DNA of 64,000 nucleotides from a virus (Duplodnaviria; Caudoviricetes): IMG/VR virus record IMGVR_UViG_3300028888_002023, positions 1 to 64,000 of that record; one strand, 5' to 3'. Shown piece by piece: positions 58,055 to 64,000 of this stretch (position 1 is its first letter; each line of letters starts with the position of its first letter). The notes under the pieces were generated by a model. It saw only the letters and a program-made list of their open reading frames with translations, ran no database searches and was not told where the DNA came from. The position numbers and the translations under genes were made by a program.

Positions 58055-59410
58055 ATGGACGAAACTAAAATTGAAAATGTAGAAGCTACAGAAGAAGTTA
58101 AATCTGAAGTTTCTGAAGCCGTTGAAGCTACTGAAGAAGTTAAATCTGAAGAAGTGGTTGAAAGTGCAGAAGAAGTTAAAGAAGAAACTGAAGAAGTTGT
58201 AGCAGAAGGTACAGACGCTTGTGAAGCTAACGAACCTGAAAAAGAAACTGAAGATGACCAAGACGAAAAGAAAGTTGTGGTTGCTGAAGTTAAGAAAAAC
58301 TTAGAAGGTAAAAAATCTGAAGCAAAAGAAATTACCGAAGAAGAAAAAGCTGAAGAAGCTCCTGCTGAAGAAGTTAAGGCGGAAGAAGCTCCTGCTGAAG
58401 ACAAGAAAGAAGTTATGGAAGCATTGCTTGACATAGCAGCTGAAAAAGTTTCTGATATTATGAAAGAAGCTGTTAACAATATGCCTATTGAAGAAGGTGT
58501 ATCTAAAGAAGAAAAAGAAGCTGAAATCTATGAACAAGGACAAAAACTTCTTAATGATGTAATGGAAGTACTCGAAGGTATGGTTGCTGGTACAACTATG
58601 GAACTTAAAGGTGCTCAAGTAGAAGTTAAAGATTTTGTTCAAACAGGTGGAACAGTTAATGCTGGACCTGAAGCTGGTATTAATCCTCCTTCTAAATCTG
58701 AAGATGATGAACATGAAAAGAAAGTAACAATTAAAGAATATCCTGCTCATGAAGCAGAAGAAATTGATTACAAAGCTAAATATGCCGAATCTGAAGCAGT
58801 TATGGACGACCTTGTAAAAATGGTTGAAGAAACAGCTTCTCAATATTCTGCTCTTGTTGAAGAATTCAATAAAGTTGCTACTGAACTTCAAGCATACAAA
58901 TTAGCTGAAGAATTTAATGCAACTGTAGAAGAATGTGCAGACATGCTTCAAGACTTTGATTATGAAGATATCAGAGAAGAATTTATAAAGGTTATTTCTG
59001 CTCAACAAGATGAAATCTCTGAAGAAAAGAAAGAAGAAGAGAAAAAACCTGCTGAAGAAGAAAAAACAGAAGAAGCACCTGCTGAAGAAAAAGAAGAAAA
59101 AACAGAAGAAGCAGTAGAAGAAGCTAAAGAATGCGAATGTGGTAAATGTCCAGCATGTTTAGCTAAAAAAGCTGACAAGCCAGAAGAAAATGAAGAAAAA
59201 ACAGAAGAAGCTGATGAATCAGTAGAAGAAGAAAAATCTGCTATTGAAGAAATTAAGGAATCTTTAGAAAATGTTAAAGATGTTGTTATTTCTGAAGCTG
59301 AAGAAGAAGCTCCAGTACGCAAGAATAAAGCATTTTCAGTATTTGGAAATTCTATTTCTGAAAGCAAATCAGTTCATAAAGGTAAAGCATTCTCAGTGTT
59401 TGCAGACTAA
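58055..59410 (+). CDS. prohead scaffold protein (T4 gp22-like)
   Basis: Very acidic Glu-rich coiled coil directly upstream of the MCP; C-terminal KAFSVF repeated twice. Confidence 0.7.
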   Translation: MDETKIENVEATEEVKSEVSEAVEATEEVKSEEVVESAEEVKEETEEVVAEGTDACEANEPEKETEDDQDEKKVVVAEVKKNLEGKKSEAKEITEEEKAEEAPAEEVKAEEAPAEDKKEVMEALLDIAAEKVSDIMKEAVNNMPIEEGVSKEEKEAEIYEQGQKLLNDVMEVLEGMVAGTTMELKGAQVEVKDFVQTGGTVNAGPEAGINPPSKSEDDEHEKKVTIKEYPAHEAEEIDYKAKYAESEAVMDDLVKMVEETASQYSALVEEFNKVATELQAYKLAEEFNATVEECADMLQDFDYEDIREEFIKVISAQQDEISEEKKEEEKKPAEEEKTEEAPAEEKEEKTEEAVEEAKECECGKCPACLAKKADKPEENEEKTEEADESVEEEKSAIEEIKESLENVKDVVISEAEEEAPVRKNKAFSVFGNSISESKSVHKGKAFSVFAD

Positions 59411-59434
59411 TAAATTAGCAACATAAAAATGTTA

Positions 59435-59444
59435 TTACATTTTA
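59435..59444 (+). promoter_or_regulatory. candidate late-promoter motif TTACATTTTA before the MCP
   Basis: Member of the recurring set. Confidence 0.6.
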
Positions 59445-59479
59445 TATCGTATAAAAGAAAGTCATATTAATAAGAAATA

Positions 59480-61135
59480 ATGGAGAAATTTAAAATGGCA
59501 CAATTCAAAACAGTAGAAGACGTTAAACAAGCGTTCTTAGTTAGAAGCAATGGCTCTGACTCAATCCCTAATCACGCTGGTATTCGTTATAGTGACATTG
59601 ACAAACACGCTCACATTGTTGAAAGATTGTTAGACACAGATTACAACAAAATATCTGGTTTCACATTCTCTGAAATTATGGAAGCTGTTTCTACAGTTGC
59701 TACTAACTACAATACCCCAGAATATGTAAACCAAGCTAGACAAGGTGCTGGTGCAATCCCTGTATCTGAATCTTATGCTACAACTGAAAGCGAGTATTAT
59801 GCTTGCAACGAATCATTTGATGGCACAATGGTTTCTCAATCACCATACCCAATGCCTGCTGTATCTTTGGTTACATATCAATATGAAAAATCTGTAATTC
59901 CTTTCCTTTGTCACCAATTTGACCTTAAAGGAAACCAAGGTATGATTTACTTCACAGAAATTACAGCTAAAAATGCTAAAGGTAATGTTGCAGCAAAAGA
60001 CCTTTTAGGTAAAGCTGACGAAATGGGCGTACACAATGTAGCTTTTGTTGGTACAAGAGCAGTTAATTACGCTCCAGATGATGCTACTAATTGGCCTGTA
60101 ACTGCATCTGGTACAACTCAATACACTTTAAAAACTGGTGTTAAACTTCAACCGGGTTCTGTAATTGTTACATTGCCGGGAACTGAAGGTGCTTTGGTTG
60201 ACATTGCATTCCCAGAAGCTAAAGAAGATGTTGCTCACCAAATGCTTTGTATCAACGGTAACTTTGCACAAGGTACTGTAAACTATGCTACAGGTGATAT
60301 CGTTGTTACTTTGGCTTCAGCTCCTACAACTGCTGGTGTTAAATTCGTTGCTAACTTCGCTAGAGATATTGAAGAACCTACAACAACTAACATGGCTGAA
60401 GTAGAAGTTGACCTTAAGAGCAAAAGATTAGTTGCTGAAAACTTCTCAGTTAAAACTCACACTAACCTTTACCAAGAAGCTCTTGCAAAAGCTGTATTCG
60501 GTATTCAATGGAACTCAGTTGTTGATGATGCTTTATCAGCTCTTTACAACAAAGAAATTGCTAACAAAATCACTTCTGAAATCCGTGGTAAGATTATAGC
60601 TGCTAACAAAGCAACTCATGATATTTCAAATGGTATTGTTGATGCTACTAATAACCTTGGTGGTAACAATGCACTGTTCAATGTACAATTCATTTCAGTT
60701 GTAATGGGTAAAATCAAAAAACTTATTCAAACTGCATCTGGTTTGGCATTGACTCGTTTGACTTCTATCGTTATCAACGCTGATGTACTTCCTATAATCG
60801 AAGCATTACCTAAGTACAAACAAGCTGAAAACCAATTTGAAGACAACATGGGTGGTATGGTTCTTATCGGTATGTATGATGGTATTCCTGTTCTTTGCGG
60901 ATATGCTCCAATTGTAGAAGCAGGCGAAGTTATTGGTATCTTCAAGTCTAAAAAACAAGACTTCTTGACTCCATATGCTTTCGGTACTTTCATACTTCCT
61001 GTATTGAGAGACATCTATGACCAAAACAACCTTGCTGTTACTAGAAAACAATTGATTTCAAGTGCAGCTGGTGAAGTTGTAGCTGAAAGATTGGCTGCTC
61101 AATTGACAATCAATGGTATTGACGATATAATCTAA
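59480..61135 (+). CDS. major capsid protein (T4 gp23-like, HK97 fold)
   Basis: LCHQFDLKGNQGMIYF ~ gp23 ICGVQPMxGPTGxIF; MAEVEVDLKSKRLVAENFSVK ~ MxFxIEKxTVxAKSRxLK; ALYNKEIANKI; strong codon bias. Confidence 0.85.
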   Translation: MEKFKMAQFKTVEDVKQAFLVRSNGSDSIPNHAGIRYSDIDKHAHIVERLLDTDYNKISGFTFSEIMEAVSTVATNYNTPEYVNQARQGAGAIPVSESYATTESEYYACNESFDGTMVSQSPYPMPAVSLVTYQYEKSVIPFLCHQFDLKGNQGMIYFTEITAKNAKGNVAAKDLLGKADEMGVHNVAFVGTRAVNYAPDDATNWPVTASGTTQYTLKTGVKLQPGSVIVTLPGTEGALVDIAFPEAKEDVAHQMLCINGNFAQGTVNYATGDIVVTLASAPTTAGVKFVANFARDIEEPTTTNMAEVEVDLKSKRLVAENFSVKTHTNLYQEALAKAVFGIQWNSVVDDALSALYNKEIANKITSEIRGKIIAANKATHDISNGIVDATNNLGGNNALFNVQFISVVMGKIKKLIQTASGLALTRLTSIVINADVLPIIEALPKYKQAENQFEDNMGGMVLIGMYDGIPVLCGYAPIVEAGEVIGIFKSKKQDFLTPYAFGTFILPVLRDIYDQNNLAVTRKQLISSAAGEVVAERLAAQLTINGIDDII

Positions 61136-61160
61136 TTTTCAGATTAAACTAAATACTAAA

Positions 61161-61190
61161 AAGACCTCCTTATTAGGGGGTCTTTCTTTT
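61161..61190 (+). terminator. intrinsic terminator after the MCP
   Basis: AAGACCTCCT-TATT-AGGGGGTCTT then TCTTTT. Confidence 0.85.
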
Positions 61191-61195
61191 ATAAC

Positions 61196-61224
61196 TTGAC
61201 AAGACTGTAATCCCATGATATACT
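61196..61224 (+). promoter_or_regulatory. sigma70-type promoter
   Basis: TTGACA-17-TATACT. Confidence 0.75.
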
Positions 61225-61276
61225 ATTCATGTACAATTATATTTTAATGTAGCAAACTATTAATAGGAGAAGAGAA

Positions 61277-61708
61277 ATGTTTGTTCATAGTTTATTGAAA
61301 GAAGAAATTACGTACAGGGCTCATGGTAGAAAATTTATTATCAAGCCGGGTATGAATAATTTAACAGGTATTACTAAAGAAGAATTAGTAAGAACCTTTG
61401 GTGATGTTGATTTAGTTTTTGTAACTGATGAAACTTGCACACCTGTAATTGAAACTCCTGCTGAAGTACAAGATGCACCAGCAGAAAATCCAGAAAAAGG
61501 AAATGATGTATTAAAAGATGAAGGTGACAAGGCTGGTGAGGCTGACCAAGCTGATAATGAACCTAAACCTGATAATGCACCTGCTAAACCTGAAGCTGAA
61601 AAGAAAGAAGACGGTGAAGCTGTTAAGACCGAAACAGCACCTAAAGCACCTGCTAAAGCTCCAGCAAAAGCAACTGTTAAAAAAGCAACTGGAAAGAAAA
61701 ACAAGTAA
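61277..61708 (+). CDS. hypothetical protein with K/A/P-rich disordered tail
   Basis: RBS AGGAGA; tail KAPAKAPAKATVKKATGKKNK. Confidence 0.6.
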   Translation: MFVHSLLKEEITYRAHGRKFIIKPGMNNLTGITKEELVRTFGDVDLVFVTDETCTPVIETPAEVQDAPAENPEKGNDVLKDEGDKAGEADQADNEPKPDNAPAKPEAEKKEDGEAVKTETAPKAPAKAPAKATVKKATGKKNK

Positions 61709-61728
61709 TTTCATAATAGGTTAAGTAG

Positions 61729-62664
61729 ATGTTATATTTAGAAGAGAGCGTAGAAACTATATTGGCTGAAGAAGGTCAAGACCTTTTAGGTTTATCATTC
61801 CTAACAGAAGTTCTTGGCTTGACTATGAAAAAAATGGATAATCTCTTTAGAAAGAGTGCATTACAATATTCTCGTAGAAGACCAATAGAAGAAACTCGTA
61901 CATTTGAAACTCCAACAGGGTTTGATATAGCAACATTACGCATGCCAGAAGGTGTGCGTGCTGTTAAGGCTGTAAGATACGCAGTTTTAGAGGAGTTACC
62001 ACGTTACTACGTTGATGATTTTGGTAAGTTATCTTATGAATACGAGGAACATTCTCGTCTATTAAAAGTATGGCCTCCAATTTCACCACTTCGTGTATCA
62101 TATACCAGAGACCTAGAAATTACTAAAACTCGTAAAATAGTAGGTTCGTCTCTAATATCAGAGAACGAAACCTATTATTATACAGAGTTGCCTACTGCAC
62201 CTATGAAAGAAACTTTAAAACTTAAATTAGGTGATTTTACTATAAAAAAGGTAGATGAAAGAATTGAAACTGTTCCTACTGCATATGATTCTGAAGACCA
62301 AGAGATATGGGTATTAGAAGGTAGTATGGGTACAGGAACCTATAATACAACTACAAGAGAATTAGAAATTAATTTTGATGAAGATAATGAAGAGCTTATG
62401 AAGGGTGGAAATTTGTTCTATGAATATTATCCACAATATTATGTGTTGCCAGATATAAGTCTTCAAGATGAAATATTTAATAAATTGTTTGCTAGTAAGA
62501 TTTTAGAAGCACTTGCTTCATTAAGAGCACAATCTACGCAGGAAGTATTGCACAATATCGACCTTACTACAGACGAACTTTACACTCGTGTTCGTATTCT
62601 TAAACGTGAACTCAATACATTGCTTAGAAATACTATTAAATTCTCTGGTATGGCTCCAATTTAG
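61729..62664 (+). CDS. possible head-completion/neck protein
   Basis: 311 aa, downstream of the MCP; position only. Confidence 0.35.
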   Translation: MLYLEESVETILAEEGQDLLGLSFLTEVLGLTMKKMDNLFRKSALQYSRRRPIEETRTFETPTGFDIATLRMPEGVRAVKAVRYAVLEELPRYYVDDFGKLSYEYEEHSRLLKVWPPISPLRVSYTRDLEITKTRKIVGSSLISENETYYYTELPTAPMKETLKLKLGDFTIKKVDERIETVPTAYDSEDQEIWVLEGSMGTGTYNTTTRELEINFDEDNEELMKGGNLFYEYYPQYYVLPDISLQDEIFNKLFASKILEALASLRAQSTQEVLHNIDLTTDELYTRVRILKRELNTLLRNTIKFSGMAPI

Positions 62665-62676
62665 TGGGAGGTTATT

Positions 62677-63603
62677 ATGAACTTACACGACCTTATCAGA
62701 GGTACAAGAAGAGTAGAATCTGACGGTACTTGGGACACAAGTAAAGATTTTAGAAGAAAAGAGTTTGGTCAGATTATAGATATTAACACACAAGGTTCTT
62801 ATAATGCTAGGCACAACACCTTGAGTGTTGTTATGTATATTACTTCGTCTACTCAGAAATATAGAAACATGGGAAGTGCTTCAACTTTTGCTAAACAAGT
62901 ACAAACACATTATTGTGCTATTTCATTCAAAAATGTAGAACAATATGTTTATGATAATATTCAAGAAAGAATAACTCTATGGAATGAACGAAATCCAGAG
63001 CGTCCTATAGCCTCTTTACAGGACTTTATTGATAAAGCATTAGAAGAACATCCTAGAACAATTCCAGTAGAGGTTAATGACGACCGTGTTGTCCTTAGAA
63101 CGAAGATTGATTTATCAACTGAATGTGCAGTTAAATGTACTTGTGCTCATTTCTATTTTACATTTGCATATTATTGTGCACAAAGAAAATGTTACATAGG
63201 CGAAGCACCAGCACCTTATAAAAGACGTAGAAAAGCAGAATGGAAATATAATTCAAGAAATAAGAATGGTGATGTGGGATTATGTAAACACTTACAACTT
63301 CTATTATCATTTATTTTAAGACCAGATGGTGGTATAAATGGTCAAATGGAATATGCTGATGCTTCTATAAATACTGTTTCTAATACAAATAAAAGATTGT
63401 ATGGATTGGACGAAAATCAATTAGGAAAAGAATTAAAAACATCTATCGCTAATTATGAAGAAGGTGTTTATGAAGAGTTTAAATCAACTCAATTAAGTAA
63501 AGCAAAGAAAGAATATAGAGAATTTAATCAAGCTAATAAAGAGCAAAAGATTTTAGGCAAAGGTTATTCAAGTGCTGACGAGGATTATAATATATGGGAA
63601 TAA
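62677..63603 (+). CDS. SWIM-type Zn-finger protein
   Basis: VKCTCAHFYF ... GLCKHL (CxC...CxH). Confidence 0.6.
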   Translation: MNLHDLIRGTRRVESDGTWDTSKDFRRKEFGQIIDINTQGSYNARHNTLSVVMYITSSTQKYRNMGSASTFAKQVQTHYCAISFKNVEQYVYDNIQERITLWNERNPERPIASLQDFIDKALEEHPRTIPVEVNDDRVVLRTKIDLSTECAVKCTCAHFYFTFAYYCAQRKCYIGEAPAPYKRRRKAEWKYNSRNKNGDVGLCKHLQLLLSFILRPDGGINGQMEYADASINTVSNTNKRLYGLDENQLGKELKTSIANYEEGVYEEFKSTQLSKAKKEYREFNQANKEQKILGKGYSSADEDYNIWE

Positions 63604-63800
63604 ATAAACCAACAACTTACTGTTTTGTTTGTGGAAGTTCAAATACATATAAGGGGAAATGTTTAGATTGTGGGTATGAGTTCCCTTTTAAGTTCCCATG
63701 CCCTTTACATAATGGCTCAATGTCATGTCTATTTACAAAGAAAGTATGCAACAAACGCTTTGATTATGGGGATTGTGAAGTCTACCAAGAGCACGGTTAA
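63594..63800 (+). CDS. small Cys-rich protein
   Basis: CFVC, CLDC, CPLH, further Cys; 68 aa. Confidence 0.5.
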   Translation: MGINKPTTYCFVCGSSNTYKGKCLDCGYEFPFKFPCPLHNGSMSCLFTKKVCNKRFDYGDCEVYQEHG

Positions 63801-63837
63801 AATTAAATTTTAGTTCAGGAAATTAATGGAGACTGTT

Positions 63838-63999
63838 ATGGATAAATATCAAGAATTGGTTAATAAAATTGCAGAAGAATGTATTAGAGAGTGTACTGGT
63901 ATGATTCCGGGCATGATTCCTCCTTTACTACCTGTTGGTCAAGAAAATCCAGCTAAAACTGAAGCTGATAAAAAGAAGAAGAAAAAGAATGAAAAATAG
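63838..63999 (+). CDS. 53-aa hypothetical protein with Lys-rich end (not in the ORF track)
   Basis: MDKYQELVNKIAEECIRECTG...KKKKKKNEK*; RBS GGAGA; TTAAATTTTA upstream. Confidence 0.5.
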   Translation: MDKYQELVNKIAEECIRECTGMIPGMIPPLLPVGQENPAKTEADKKKKKKNEK

Positions 64000-64000
64000 T

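Noticed and set aside
746-61724. Short antisense or out-of-frame ORFs in the track (e.g. 746, 2503, 9452, 15965, 18563, 29595, 37327, 46748, 52377, 55077, 58009, 58301, 59002, 60727, 61321)
   Set aside because: They lie within well-supported long genes and show the composition of codon-bias shadows, with no RBS or motifs.
1-64000. Stop-codon reassignment (code 4/15) as in some gut jumbo phages
   Set aside because: Genes are long, tightly packed and complete under the standard code; no homologue is split at TAG or TGA.

Overview
AT-rich 64-kb segment of a large tailed dsDNA phage with a T4-type head module; standard genetic code, no tRNA, rRNA, CRISPR or integrase seen. Left to right: a RecD2-like helicase running off the left edge; a minus-strand tail/receptor-binding region (two tandem ~1,490-aa BspA/DUF285-type LRR paralogues, a fibre/adaptor, a 1,430-aa protein with a CotH-kinase-like domain, a GT2 glycosyltransferase, a collagen-repeat fibre); a 12-gene minus-strand operon (30442->19654); further tail-fibre genes; a replication/transcription block (nuclease, ~1-kb non-coding origin-like region, primase, region-4-less sigma factor); and the plus-strand packaging/head module (TerL, glyA, portal, prohead protease, 1,590-aa low-complexity protein, scaffold, major capsid protein). 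The 12-gene operon is the best candidate for an undescribed system. It starts with a tail fibre, carries two paralogous S/T-rich proteins (one ending in CSSC plus 16 consecutive Ser), then six paralogous radical SAM enzymes with a degenerate dUTPase-fold and a degenerate NifS-fold protein. I infer a RiPP-like post-translational modification system acting on a virion protein. A second signal is a 10-bp motif TTANATTTTA in sense orientation upstream of at least 17 mostly structural genes, a candidate late promoter for the truncated phage sigma. All family assignments are from motif recognition by eye; no database search was run.
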